Below, piece by piece: positions 18,516 to 28,594 of a DNA stretch of 64,000 bases (positions are counted from its first letter, which is position 1; the number at the start of each line of letters is the position of its first letter). Location of the stretch: NCBI GenBank assembly GCA_040903985.1, contig JBBDUI010000002.1, positions 104,204 through 168,203 on the forward strand, written 5' to 3'. The position numbers and the translations under genes are program-made. The DNA comes from Candidatus Saccharimonadales bacterium. Its GTDB lineage: Bacteria; Patescibacteriota; Saccharimonadia; QS-5-54-17. The notes beneath the pieces were generated by a model, which was not told the DNA's origin, ran no database searches, and was given only the letters and a program-made list of their open reading frames with translations.

Positions 18516-18613
18516 TATAAAACGTAGATAATGCCTTTAGCGAGTGCTTAAGGTGTTGACAAAATTACATAAAAGGCTTATGTTTAGGGTATAAAGTAAT
18601 AGGAGTAAGCGCT

Positions 18614-18832
18614 ATGAACAAAGGTGTAGTAAGCACAATCGCCCTCGTCTTAGTAGTAATAGGTGGTCTTAACTGGGGCCTCGTCGGTTTCTTCGAGTAC
18701 AACCTCGTCGACGAGCTCTTCACTGAAGGCTCAGGCCTAGCTCGCACGGTATACGCATTAGTCGGTCTATCCGCACTATACGTACTTTTCACCGGTGTGT
18801 TCGCCAAGAACAGCGACAACGCCAGCGTCTAG
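18614..18832 (+). CDS. DUF378 small membrane protein
   Basis: LVVIGGLNWGLVG...ARTVYALVGLSAL. Confidence 0.9.
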   Translation: MNKGVVSTIALVLVVIGGLNWGLVGFFEYNLVDELFTEGSGLARTVYALVGLSALYVLFTGVFAKNSDNASV

Positions 18833-18854
18833 TTACTTCTAGATCAGTTACATC

Positions 18855-18884
18855 GAAAAGACCCCCCAGATCGGGGGTCTTTTC
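18855..18884 (+). terminator. Intrinsic terminator
   Basis: gaaaagaccccc-cagatc-gggggtcttttc. Confidence 0.85.
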
Positions 18885-19024
18885 CTTATTCGGGATTAGT
18901 AAATTGAAAGATATAGAGCGGCTACTAAGACAAGGATTATAATTAAGCGTAATACGGGTTACGACAGACCGGGTCTCTGCTGTAGTATAGGGAGTAGCAG
19001 TAACTAAAAAGCGGAATTAATTAT

Positions 19025-19360
19025 ATGGATCTACTCAGCTTCGCTCTCGCCTTCGGCTCCGGCTTTATCATCGCTTGGACGCTGAAGCGACCCCTCAAAC
19101 AGCAGCGGACCATCCGTAATCCCGACACCCAGGAGAAACACTACGAAGTAGCTGCTAACCACCAGCGAACGCAGGCTAAGACGAAGCGCAAACAACAGAT
19201 CATCGACTGTATCGATATGAATGGGCAGATTAAGAGTCGTGAGGTGGAAGACATGTTTGGTGTCTCCTCGGCTACGGCCACCCGCTATTTAAGTGAGCTA
19301 GCCCGAGAGGGAAAGATCAAGAAGCAGGGCCAAGGCAGAGGCGTTCACTACACACTCTAA
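19025..19360 (+). CDS. N-terminally anchored winged-HTH protein
   Basis: TM at residues 1-20; VSSATATRYLSELAREGKIKKQGQGRGVHY. Confidence 0.8.
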   Translation: MDLLSFALAFGSGFIIAWTLKRPLKQQRTIRNPDTQEKHYEVAANHQRTQAKTKRKQQIIDCIDMNGQIKSREVEDMFGVSSATATRYLSELAREGKIKKQGQGRGVHYTL

Positions 19361-19392
19361 CCCTCAATCATGAGTGATTCGATTATAGCAAG

Positions 19393-20949
19393 CTAGAACA
19401 GTTTGCCGGCGTGACGATTAATGATATCCAGTACGGCTGGTCCGTAGTTCTCGGCCCGCTTCGGCCCGATTCCGGGTACGTTCATCAGTTGAGCTACGGT
19501 CGCAGGTCGCTCAGCCGCTAAGGCAATAAGTGTCTTATCATCAAACACGACGTAGGCTGGTACTCGCAGCGTTGCAGCTTGAGTAGTGCGCCACTCCTTA
19601 AGCACTGTAAATAGTTCGCGGTCATACTCTGCGTAATCAGACGCAAGATTGGTCCGAATGTGGGCCTGTAACTCATCGAGCTTAGCCCCTTCCATGGTGT
19701 CAAGCTGAGCGATGACCTGCTCTGTCTGGCGGCGCAGGATAGCATCGAACTCGGCGATGTCGGGACTTATCTGCAGAGCGGTGCGGTTAACGCCGCGTAA
19801 GAATAATCCGTCGAGACGACGCAGGCGCGAAAGGGCGACGTAGCCCATGCCAGGCGTAAAAGCGCGGGAGAGATCGATTTCGGCGCTATCTAAACTCATG
19901 CCCTGACTCTTATGCACCGTGATGGCCCAGGCGAGGCGGAGGGGGTACTGGCTGACTTCGGCTAGTACCCGGTCGTTATCCTCGATCTTCCAGGTATGCC
20001 GCTCGAGCGTGATGGTGCGGCTGGTAGCTAGGCGAATGACCGGCTTGCCGTCCTCGAAACCGACCACCTCAGCCCGGGAGCCGTTGACGAAGCCGAGACT
20101 GGGACTGTTGGCTACACAGAGTACTTGAGCGCCGACCTTGAGTTCGAGCACTTCCGGAGCTAAGCAGCTTTTCTGTAGCGATTCGATGAAGGTTTTACTA
20201 CCACTAGAAGTCATAGTATAGGTATGTGATTCATTCTCTAGCTGCTGCAGGCGAGCTGCGTTCAGCTTATCGACATCGAGATTGTGCGAGTAGAGACGCG
20301 TCATATCAGGGTCGTCCGTGACCTCTTCCAGCCGGGCCTGGAGTAGCTCCTGCAGAGAATCATCGACCTCCCCACGACGGATACCGCGTAGCAGCTCTAG
20401 CATGGTAGCGTCCTCGTCCTGGCGGTGCTGCTCACTGAGATAGCAAACCTTGAGATTGAGCTCGTCCCAAGCCTCAGAAGTGTGGGCAAAATCGATACTA
20501 TCGCCATAACGGGTGATAGGGGGGAGCTGGAAAAGGTCACCACAAAGAATGACCTGCAGCCCGCCGAACGGTTTATCACTATTTTTAACCTGCTTGCAGA
20601 TCTGGTTCAGGAGATCGAGCCGGGCGCCATCGAGCATGGAGATCTCATCGATGATCAGGACACGGGTACGCTTAAAACGACTCTTCAGCTGCGGCCGAGC
20701 GGCCAGGCGGTTGATCTGCTCCTCGCTCAGCTCATCGTGGATACCGATGCCACTCCAAGAGTGAATCGTCATACCGCCGATGTGAGTGGCCGCGATGCCG
20801 GTACTGGCGGTAACACCGATGCCAATGTCGTTAGCCCGGGCGTAGTCGATGAACTGGTTTAGAGTATAGGTCTTACCGGCACCGGGTTCACCGGTTAAAA
20901 ATACATTGTGACCGAGCTTCATAACGGCAAGCGCCTGGGACTGCTTCAT
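19393..20949 (-). CDS. PIF1-family helicase with C-terminal HRDC domain
   Basis: TGEPGAGKT, IDEISM, GDLFQLPP, AWAITVHKSQG, YVALSR; HRDC PAYVVFDDKTL...GIGPKR. Confidence 0.93.
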   Translation of the reverse strand: MKQSQALAVMKLGHNVFLTGEPGAGKTYTLNQFIDYARANDIGIGVTASTGIAATHIGGMTIHSWSGIGIHDELSEEQINRLAARPQLKSRFKRTRVLIIDEISMLDGARLDLLNQICKQVKNSDKPFGGLQVILCGDLFQLPPITRYGDSIDFAHTSEAWDELNLKVCYLSEQHRQDEDATMLELLRGIRRGEVDDSLQELLQARLEEVTDDPDMTRLYSHNLDVDKLNAARLQQLENESHTYTMTSSGSKTFIESLQKSCLAPEVLELKVGAQVLCVANSPSLGFVNGSRAEVVGFEDGKPVIRLATSRTITLERHTWKIEDNDRVLAEVSQYPLRLAWAITVHKSQGMSLDSAEIDLSRAFTPGMGYVALSRLRRLDGLFLRGVNRTALQISPDIAEFDAILRRQTEQVIAQLDTMEGAKLDELQAHIRTNLASDYAEYDRELFTVLKEWRTTQAATLRVPAYVVFDDKTLIALAAERPATVAQLMNVPGIGPKRAENYGPAVLDIINRHAGKLF

Positions 20950-21017
20950 AACTACTATGGTAGCACTCTTACATAGCGGCTATGCTTATTTATGCTCCTC
21001 TGCTATACTGACGGCAA

Positions 21018-21569
21018 ATGAAACGCATCAAACTAAATAAAAACCAGTTTCCACCTCAAGCTCTATATCTCATCGCCGCCAGCCGTATCGGCCTGGGCTG
21101 GATATTTCTCTGGAGCTTTCTAGACAAACTCTGGGGGCTTGGATTCGCTACTTGCCGCGATAGCGCTACCGATATCGTCAACCAAGGCTGTGCCTCGGCC
21201 TGGATCAACGGTGGCTCTCCAACTAGTGGCTTTTTGCAGTACGGCACCTCCGGGCCCTTGGCCGAAAACTTTGCCGCTCTGGCCGGCTCAACCTGGGCCG
21301 ACTGGCTGTTCATGATGGGACTACTTCTGATCGGTCTAGCGCTTATCCTCGGTATCGGCGTCCGGGTCGCCACCATATCGGCCAGTCTACTACTAGCCCT
21401 GATGTATCTCGCCGCTCTGCCACCACCTAACAATCCTTTCCTAGACGACCACCTAATCTACATCCTAATGCTAGCACTGATCGCCGTGACCAACGGTTCT
21501 CAGCGCTTCGGCTTTGGCCCCTGGTGGCAAAAACAGCCACTAGTAAAGCGGTACTCTATCCTACGCTGA
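21018..21569 (+). CDS. DoxX-family membrane protein
   Basis: RIGLGWIFLWSFLDK, AWINGGSPT, NPFLDDHL. Confidence 0.85.
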   Translation: MKRIKLNKNQFPPQALYLIAASRIGLGWIFLWSFLDKLWGLGFATCRDSATDIVNQGCASAWINGGSPTSGFLQYGTSGPLAENFAALAGSTWADWLFMMGLLLIGLALILGIGVRVATISASLLLALMYLAALPPPNNPFLDDHLIYILMLALIAVTNGSQRFGFGPWWQKQPLVKRYSILR

Positions 21570-21610
21570 GCCCGGCTGCAGGTTCCCGTCATGGTTGGTA
21601 TAATAAGAGG

Positions 21611-21856
21611 ATGAACATCGCCGATCGCTGGGTAGAAAAAGAGGGTAGGCTAGAGACGACTGTCGATACGGTCGACTTTCTGGGCGCCATCACCTTGATC
21701 CAGCAGATCGCTGACATCGCCGAGGAGCAACGCCATCACCCTAATCTGCACCTACACAACTACTCGAAACTAACTATTTCCTTAATCAGCCACGACGCCG
21801 GCCAGGTAACGGAGCGAGATCGGAAGCTAGCTGCGGCCATCGATAACATCCTCTAA
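21611..21856 (+). CDS. Pterin-4a-carbinolamine dehydratase
   Basis: AEEQRHHP, SHDAGQVTERDRKLA; start at 21611. Confidence 0.9.
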   Translation: MNIADRWVEKEGRLETTVDTVDFLGAITLIQQIADIAEEQRHHPNLHLHNYSKLTISLISHDAGQVTERDRKLAAAIDNIL

Positions 21857-21926
21857 CCTCAACTGCACTTAGACTTGTTCATAAAATATGTTTTTCAATA
21901 TGTCAAAACCTACTCTGTAAGCTACT

Positions 21927-21958
21927 TTCAAAAAGTGTCCGATCGGACACTTTTTGAA
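21927..21958. repeat. Perfect 32-bp palindrome centred on CGATCG
   Basis: ttcaaaaagtgtccgatcggacactttttgaa equals its own reverse complement. Confidence 0.9.
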
Positions 21959-22113
21959 GATTAGGGACTAAAGCTAGTGAGGGGGGTGGTTGGTAAAAAC
22001 AGCAAAGAAAAGAGCCCTGGACGCAGGAAGTACCGACCGTGAGGTCGATAAACCGGCGAGCCAGGGCTCGGGGTGGATCGTAGCGGGGAGAAGGAGAATC
22101 TGCGGTGCGACCA

Positions 22114-22410
22114 TCAGACCGAGTCTTCGACAGCCGGTGCTTGCAGTGGTGCAGACAGGACCAGATCATCAACAGTGACGCAGATGGAAGGGGGAAGAAC
22201 CCTATTGAGCGCTTCGCATACTTCCTCTAACGCGTCTGGGTCAGCCCTCTTGAACCCGTAAGCACGAAGTGCAGTGCGCTCAGGAAGCCGCACGTACGCA
22301 CACTGTATCCTTCCGTCATGGTGGTAATGCACCAACCGCTCCGGTGAGCGACGCTGATGCGTGCTCGGCCGACTTAGTAGCTGACGGAGGAGGGCTAAGA
22401 CAGCTCTCAC
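22114..22410 (-). CDS. Hypothetical protein (cassette gene 3)
   Basis: AAGGAG-N6-GTG, with GTGA overlap on the upstream stop. Confidence 0.65.
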   Translation of the reverse strand: MRAVLALLRQLLSRPSTHQRRSPERLVHYHHDGRIQCAYVRLPERTALRAYGFKRADPDALEEVCEALNRVLPPSICVTVDDLVLSAPLQAPAVEDSV

Positions 22411-22682
22411 TGAACCCTCCTTGCTACACCCGGTGCACGCACAGGACCTAGATACTCGACCTTGACCCGATCGAGATCGATCATACGTCGACGACGCCTG
22501 TATGGCACAGCTGCGGCCAGCAACTTACGAGTTACTGCCTCGACAGCCGTTTCCTCCCCGCGCATAGCGCGCTCGATCAACGCTGAGGAAACGGTCAGTA
22601 CATGCAGGCTGGACCCATAGTCGGGAACGGTGACGTAGAGGTAGTAGGGCTGGAGGGGAGGGGGTGACCATGCCAACATCAT
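22407..22682 (-). CDS. Hypothetical protein (cassette gene 2)
   Basis: GAAGGA before ATG ATG at 22682; coupled to the next gene. Confidence 0.6.
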   Translation of the reverse strand: MMLAWSPPPLQPYYLYVTVPDYGSSLHVLTVSSALIERAMRGEETAVEAVTRKLLAAAVPYRRRRRMIDLDRVKVEYLGPVRAPGVARRVQ

Positions 22683-22738
22683 GTATCCTTCGGTAGAAAT
22701 ATCTCTGAAGTATGTCACTGAACTGTTCAGGCTCAAGT

Positions 22739-22963
22739 TTAACCTTGAGCTCTACGTCGCTGCGCCTCCCACTCGGTAGCCTCCACTTGGAGCTGGATGC
22801 CCTCAAGAGAGCGCTGTCTCCTGCGCTCCAACCACGAGTTAAAACGTGAGAGGGGCAGTATTGATGAGAGGTAGTGCATCACTAGCACTAGCAATACACC
22901 ACCGATTGCAATCCCGAGCGGAACACTCTCCGGTGAGCTGAACAGGGACAAGAATGCCTTCAT
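22739..22963 (-). CDS. Small single-TM protein (cassette gene 1)
   Basis: AAGGAG-N6-ATG; LGIAIGGVLLVLVMHYL. Confidence 0.65.
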   Translation of the reverse strand: MKAFLSLFSSPESVPLGIAIGGVLLVLVMHYLSSILPLSRFNSWLERRRQRSLEGIQLQVEATEWEAQRRRAQG

Positions 22964-23167
22964 CAAACACTCCTTGCGGGTGGGTGGGGTGACACCGACT
23001 ATCTACAACGGTGGGCAATATAGAAAGTATGCCGTAGCAAGACAGTCTATATTCTTCTGGGCCAACCGGTTCTCCTTCATTATTTAAGGTACTACGAACG
23101 CATCAATATTGACACATAAGAGTGCCGTTGTCAAACATATTACAGGGGTGGAAAATATCCGATAGGG

Positions 23168-23383
23168 CTATCTAGGCACGAAGAGACGGATACGCTTACC
23201 GGAGGTGATAGCCGACTGCCACTGGCGTAGCACGGAAGGGGGGAGGTTGAAGGTCACCTCGACTCGACCGTCCTGCAACTGGCGGGTACCGGTTGGGTAG
23301 TAGCGGCCCCGAGAACGACGCAGACGTCCCGGTGATACCTGCGGCATTAACATTACATCGTGATATTGAAGAGCGCGAGCCAT
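23168..23383 (-). CDS. Hypothetical basic protein, 71 aa
   Basis: AAGGGG-N6-ATG; own promoter TTGCAT-18-TATACT. Confidence 0.6.
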   Translation of the reverse strand: MARALQYHDVMLMPQVSPGRLRRSRGRYYPTGTRQLQDGRVEVTFNLPPSVLRQWQSAITSGKRIRLFVPR

Positions 23384-23431
23384 AGGAAACCCCCTTTATT
23401 TAACTACTATTAACTTAGTCTTAGTATATAC

Positions 23432-23447
23432 GAACAATAACCGAACA
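23432..23447. promoter_or_regulatory. GAAC-N7-GAAC operator-like repeat, copy 1
   Basis: gaacaataaccgaaca fills the -35/-10 spacer; identical to 32157-32172. Confidence 0.55.
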
Positions 23448-23535
23448 TGCAAGTCTTGTTTTATAGAAAATATGTGCGGATTGACGATTAATTTGATTAA
23501 TATATTGATAACAATGACTGTTATACTGACTGGTA

Positions 23536-25056
23536 ATGATGCCGACCTACTTATCGAAATCGAACTTCATGCACTGGCTAATTCACCCGGCCTATCTCTG
23601 GCTAGAGAAGCATGAGAAGAAACGCTTACCGCCCATCACCCAGGCCGATGAATTTATGTTTAGTAAGGGCCACGACTTTGAAGCAGAAGCACGGAAGCTA
23701 TTCCCAGAAGGGAAGTTGGTTGATGCAAAACCTTGGGAGTTTGCCCAGCTCAAAGCCCAGACTGTCGCCTTAATGGAGGCTAGGGAGGAGACTATCTTTC
23801 AAGCTACTGCCTTCACTGAGCGCGGTCTACTGGTTAAAAGCGATATCTTAAAAAGACGGGGGGAGGTCTGGGACTTGTACGAGGTGAAAAGCTCGACCCG
23901 GGTCAAGGATGACCATTTAACCGATCTTGCTTTCCAAGCCGTCACTTGGGCCGAAGCCGGCATCACCATTGAAGAGGTTTACGTGCTCTACGTCGATCGG
24001 GAATATGCTCGTGGAGAGAAACTAGAGCCGGAACGACTGGTACGGCAGGAATGTGTTAGCGAGGCCGTTATGGCCCGAATCCCTGGTGTAGAGCGGCAGA
24101 TACCGGCAGCGCTGGCCACGCTAGAACGCAACAGTTGTCCCGATCTTGACCCGAGTCACGCAGGCAACTTAGGTGTCTGGCTACCACTCTACTTTCACCT
24201 CAACCCAGAGTTAGCTGCTGACCATCCCCTGCGACTAGCTCAGCTTAAACCGGAAGATCTGGCCCGACTACAGCAGCTTGGAGTCGAAAGTCTAACCGAA
24301 ATCGAACGCTATGATGGTTTCAACGCCCGTCAGCAGAGCCAGATCAAGGCCTGGCAGATGGAGTCAAGTATAAACCATTCCGAGATCGCGAACTTCCTGA
24401 ATAAGCTCGAGTTTCCGCTCTGGTTCTTAGATTACGAAACGATCTCTCACGCCGTACCGCTTTATCCCGGCACCAAGCCATACCAGGATGTACCTTTTCA
24501 GTACTCCTTGCATAAGCTCGATAGTCCGACGGCCGAGCTCAAACACTTTGAGTATCTCTCCACTAGTACCGAGTTTCCGGTACCTAAACTGCTAGAGCAG
24601 CTACAACAGGACTTAGATGGGCTAGGCAGTATATTGGTCTGGTACCAGAACTTTGAGAAAGGGATGAACGCCCGGATGGGTGAATTTTGCCCCGAGTACT
24701 CCGAGTGGCTAGCGGCCGTTAACGGCCGCATTCGCGACCTGATGATCCCGTTCTCTAGCGGCTGGTACGTCGATAAGCGTTTCGTCGGCTCGGCCTCGAT
24801 TAAGAATGTCTTGCCAGTACTAGCGCCGAAGCTGAGCTACAAGACACTAAACGTGCAGGACGGTGGTAGTGCCCAAGCCGTCTGGTATGATGCGGTCTTC
24901 AACGATCGTGGTAGCGCCAAGACCTACGACAACCTACTGCAGTACTGCGCTCTCGACACTCTGGCCATGGTCGAGATCTACAACTTCCTAATTCGTCTCA
25001 GTCGAGACGATGAGCGGCCGGCAACTGGACAGCTGGAACAGGCCCAGCTTTTCTAA
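23536..25056 (+). CDS. DUF2779 domain protein (PD-(D/E)XK-like N-terminus plus RNase H-like domain)
   Basis: LSKS, DIL...LYEVKSST, FLDYET, PFQYSLH, SIKNVLP, YCALDT. Confidence 0.85.
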   Translation: MMPTYLSKSNFMHWLIHPAYLWLEKHEKKRLPPITQADEFMFSKGHDFEAEARKLFPEGKLVDAKPWEFAQLKAQTVALMEAREETIFQATAFTERGLLVKSDILKRRGEVWDLYEVKSSTRVKDDHLTDLAFQAVTWAEAGITIEEVYVLYVDREYARGEKLEPERLVRQECVSEAVMARIPGVERQIPAALATLERNSCPDLDPSHAGNLGVWLPLYFHLNPELAADHPLRLAQLKPEDLARLQQLGVESLTEIERYDGFNARQQSQIKAWQMESSINHSEIANFLNKLEFPLWFLDYETISHAVPLYPGTKPYQDVPFQYSLHKLDSPTAELKHFEYLSTSTEFPVPKLLEQLQQDLDGLGSILVWYQNFEKGMNARMGEFCPEYSEWLAAVNGRIRDLMIPFSSGWYVDKRFVGSASIKNVLPVLAPKLSYKTLNVQDGGSAQAVWYDAVFNDRGSAKTYDNLLQYCALDTLAMVEIYNFLIRLSRDDERPATGQLEQAQLF

Positions 25057-25205
25057 CTAAGCATTTGCAATTACGTTTCGGCTGGGTTACATATATAAGA
25101 GCTCGCAACTTCAGGTTCGAGCGAGCTCGCTATCATTTTTAATATTTTATTCCCTGCCAGACTGTACCGGCTATCAATAAGTAATAGATAAGGACCTTTT
25201 ACAAT

Positions 25206-27500
25206 ATGAGCAAAAACATCGTCATCGTCGAGTCGCCAGCTAAGGCCAAAACCATCGAGAAATTCCTCGGTCCCGATTTCAGCGTCACCTCTAGCTACGG
25301 CCACATCCGCGACCTACCGAAGAAAAGCACCGGCATCGACATCGAGAACGACTTTGCTCCAACCTACGAGATTAGTCCAGATAAGAAAAAACGTGTGAGC
25401 GAACTGAAGAAACAGGTTAAAGCTGCCGAAACTGTCTGGCTCGCCACCGATGAAGATCGAGAAGGAGAGGCCATCGCCTGGCACTTATGGCAGGCACTAG
25501 ACCTAGACAAAAAAGAGGTTAAACGCATCGCCTTTCACGAGATCACTAAAACGGCAGTACAGGAAGCGATCAAGAACCCCCGCACTGTCGATCAGAACCT
25601 AGTAGATGCACAGCAAGCCCGCCGGGTACTCGACCGTCTAGTCGGCTACGAGGTCTCTCCAGTACTATGGCGTAAAGTCCGACCAGGTTTAAGCGCCGGC
25701 CGTGTCCAGTCCGTAGCCGTACGTCTAATCGTCGAACGTGAACGTGAGATCGAAAACTACACACCGGAACACAATTTTAAGATCAACGCCCACTTTAATA
25801 TCCAAACTGGGGGGGAGATCGTCGCCGAACTACCAAAAGCACTCGACACCTATGATGCGGCAAATCAGTTCATGAAAGCGGCCGTTGACGCCACCTTTAG
25901 CGTCGACGAGGTCGAAACCAAGCCTTCAACCCGTAATCCAGCAGCCCCGTTTACTACGTCTAGCCTGCAGCAAACGGCCGCCCGCAAACTCGGCTTTAGC
26001 GTGCGCCAAACTATGACCCTAGCTCAACGACTGTACGAAGCAGGACATATCACCTACATGCGTACCGATAGTGTAGCTCTGGCTAGCAGCGCTACAGCCC
26101 AGGCCGCAAAACTAATCGAGCAGACTTACGGTAAAGATTATCACCAGCCACGAACCTTCAAAGCTAAGGCCGGCGCCCAGGAAGCACACGAAGCTATCCG
26201 TCCCACTGACTTCAAACGCGAGGAAGCTGGGGGTGACGCCCAGCAGCAGAAGCTATATGCTCTGATCCGGGCTCGCACCATAGCTAGTCAGATGGCCCCG
26301 GCCCAACTAGAGAAGACAAGCATACATATTAAGAGCTCAAACCACACCGAACGTCTCATAGCTAAAGGTGAGGTGGTGCAGTTTGCCGGTTTCTTAAAGG
26401 TCTACCAAGACAGCAAGGTAGCCGACACTCTTTTACCCCGCGTCGAACCCAGCGATGTACTCGAGCTAACTACACTTGAAGCTCGTGAAACCATCAAACG
26501 CGGACCGACCCGATACAATGAGGCAGCCCTCGTCCGTACCTTAGAGGAGATGGGTATCGGCCGACCATCGACCTACGCCCCGACAATCTCAACGATCCAG
26601 ACGCGCGGTTACGTAGAGAAGGGCGATGTAGAGGGAACAGAGCAAACTATCAAGATAATCACTCTCATTGACAACAAACCGATAGAAACAGAAGAAACCG
26701 TGCTCTATGGCCGTGACACTAATAAGCTCTTGCCAACCCAAATCGCGCTGCTAGTAAACGATTTCTTAACTAAAAACTTTGCTAGCATCGTCGACTATGA
26801 CTTCACTAAGGAAGTAGAAGAAGAGTTCGACCGTATCGCTGATGGCAAAGAGCGCTGGAACGCTATGATCGCTGATTTCTATGGCCCGTTTCATAAAAGT
26901 ATCGAGGCCGCCGAAGACCTCAGTCGGGAAGAGGCGAGTGGGGCGCGTGAGGTCGGCATCGACCCGAAAACCAAGAAACCAATTATCGCCCGCATGGGTC
27001 GCTACGGTCCGATGCTACAGCTCGGTCATGCAGAAGACGAAGAGGAGAAGCCCAAGTTCGCACCCATCCCACCAGGTAGGAAGCTGCATGAGATTACTCT
27101 AGATGAGGCGCTGGAGCTGTTTGCTCTACCCCGCACGGTAGGAAAGACCGAAGACGGAGAAGAAATCACTACCAACTTCGGCCGGTTTGGCCCCTATGTC
27201 AAGGTCGGCTCGACCTACGCTGCTATCGGCGATGCCGGTGACCCATTTAGTATCGATGAGGCTACGGCTAGACGGCTAATCGCCGAGAAGCTAGAGAAGG
27301 CTCGCAAGACCGAAATCGCAACTTTCAACGGTATCCGGGTGCTTGATGGCCGTTATGGTCCATACGTAACAGACGGGAAGAAGAACGCTCGCGTACCAAA
27401 AGAGATGAAACCGGAAGAGATAACTGAGGAACAGGCTAAAGAGCTCTTAGCCAAAGCTCCGGCTCGTAAAAAGCGCCGCCGCCGTCCGGCGCGCTCCTAG
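25206..27500 (+). CDS. topA: DNA topoisomerase I
   Basis: IVESPAKAKTI, DEDREGE, SAGRVQS, ITYMRTDS; C-terminal GRY/FGP repeats instead of Zn ribbons. Confidence 0.98.
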   Translation: MSKNIVIVESPAKAKTIEKFLGPDFSVTSSYGHIRDLPKKSTGIDIENDFAPTYEISPDKKKRVSELKKQVKAAETVWLATDEDREGEAIAWHLWQALDLDKKEVKRIAFHEITKTAVQEAIKNPRTVDQNLVDAQQARRVLDRLVGYEVSPVLWRKVRPGLSAGRVQSVAVRLIVEREREIENYTPEHNFKINAHFNIQTGGEIVAELPKALDTYDAANQFMKAAVDATFSVDEVETKPSTRNPAAPFTTSSLQQTAARKLGFSVRQTMTLAQRLYEAGHITYMRTDSVALASSATAQAAKLIEQTYGKDYHQPRTFKAKAGAQEAHEAIRPTDFKREEAGGDAQQQKLYALIRARTIASQMAPAQLEKTSIHIKSSNHTERLIAKGEVVQFAGFLKVYQDSKVADTLLPRVEPSDVLELTTLEARETIKRGPTRYNEAALVRTLEEMGIGRPSTYAPTISTIQTRGYVEKGDVEGTEQTIKIITLIDNKPIETEETVLYGRDTNKLLPTQIALLVNDFLTKNFASIVDYDFTKEVEEEFDRIADGKERWNAMIADFYGPFHKSIEAAEDLSREEASGAREVGIDPKTKKPIIARMGRYGPMLQLGHAEDEEEKPKFAPIPPGRKLHEITLDEALELFALPRTVGKTEDGEEITTNFGRFGPYVKVGSTYAAIGDAGDPFSIDEATARRLIAEKLEKARKTEIATFNGIRVLDGRYGPYVTDGKKNARVPKEMKPEEITEEQAKELLAKAPARKKRRRRPARS

Positions 27501-27528
27501 TTTCTCCACAATTAGCATCAATTTTCAA

Positions 27529-27557
27529 TTGACACTAGTTTATCGTTGTTTTATAAT
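27529..27557 (+). promoter_or_regulatory. Consensus sigma70 promoter
   Basis: TTGACA-17-TATAAT. Confidence 0.85.
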
Positions 27558-27580
27558 CATATTAACTTAAGGATCGAATC

Positions 27581-28594
27581 ATGGAGACAACCGCTACCCC
27601 TGCGCTCAACATCCAGCAAATTGCTGCCAACATCCTCGACACCATCGATAAAGAACGCGAACGAGAAATCATCACGCGACGCTTCGGCCTGCATGGTCGC
27701 AAGGAGACTCTAGAGGAGATAGGTAATCTGCTTGGCATCACCCGTGAACGCGTACGCCAGATCGAAAAACAGGCGCTCGATAAACTACAGCAGATCGAAC
27801 ACCCATATCGCGAAACCCTAGAGCAGCACTTTACTGCCGCTCTAGAAGCCCTGGGTAGAATTGCCCCCTTGCATGAAGTAAGCGCCCACTCAGGCACCGA
27901 GGATCACGCCCACGTCAACTTCTTGGCACACCTGATTCCAGAAGTAGCCGTCATCCCAGAAAACGATCATTTCTACCACAGTCTAGCTCTGAGTTCACAC
28001 CACGACGTTAAAAGCGTTAAACAGCTCCACGATGAGTTAATTAAAACCGTCAAACAACACAAACAACCGCTCAGCCTGTCTGAACTGCACCAGAGCTTCG
28101 GCCAAGACATAGAGGAGCACCACCTCCACGGTCTAGCCCGCTCCAGTAAACTGCTGGCCACCCTAGATGAGCGCTGGGGGCTAGCCAGTTGGCCTCAGGT
28201 CAACCCGAAAAGCATTCGAGATAAAATCTATATTATACTGCAGCGCGAACAGAAGCCGATGCACTTTAGCGACATTGCTGAGAACATCAAGAACTCCGAT
28301 TTTCGGCGTAAGAACGTGACCACCCAAGCCATCCATAACGAATTAATCAAGGACAAGCGTTTCGTCCTAGTCGGACGGGGAATTTATGCCTTAAACGAGT
28401 GGGGCTTCAGTAAAGGAACAGTAGCCGACGTGATCGAGAAGGTGCTGAGCGAAGAGTCACCACTACACCGAGATGAGATAATCCAGCGTGTTTTAAAACA
28501 ACGCCATGTAAAACCGACGACAATTATACTAAACTTACAAGGGAAGGAGCAATTTAAGCGAGTGGCCAAAGCCACCTACGCTTTAGCTGAATAA
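27581..28594 (+). CDS. Sigma70 region-4 HTH fused to HARE-HTH/RNAP-delta-like winged helices
   Basis: RRFGL...TLEEIG..LGITRERVRQIE; PMHFSDI...HNELIKDKRFVLVGRGIYAL; no sigma region 2. Confidence 0.8.
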   Translation: METTATPALNIQQIAANILDTIDKEREREIITRRFGLHGRKETLEEIGNLLGITRERVRQIEKQALDKLQQIEHPYRETLEQHFTAALEALGRIAPLHEVSAHSGTEDHAHVNFLAHLIPEVAVIPENDHFYHSLALSSHHDVKSVKQLHDELIKTVKQHKQPLSLSELHQSFGQDIEEHHLHGLARSSKLLATLDERWGLASWPQVNPKSIRDKIYIILQREQKPMHFSDIAENIKNSDFRRKNVTTQAIHNELIKDKRFVLVGRGIYALNEWGFSKGTVADVIEKVLSEESPLHRDEIIQRVLKQRHVKPTTIILNLQGKEQFKRVAKATYALAE

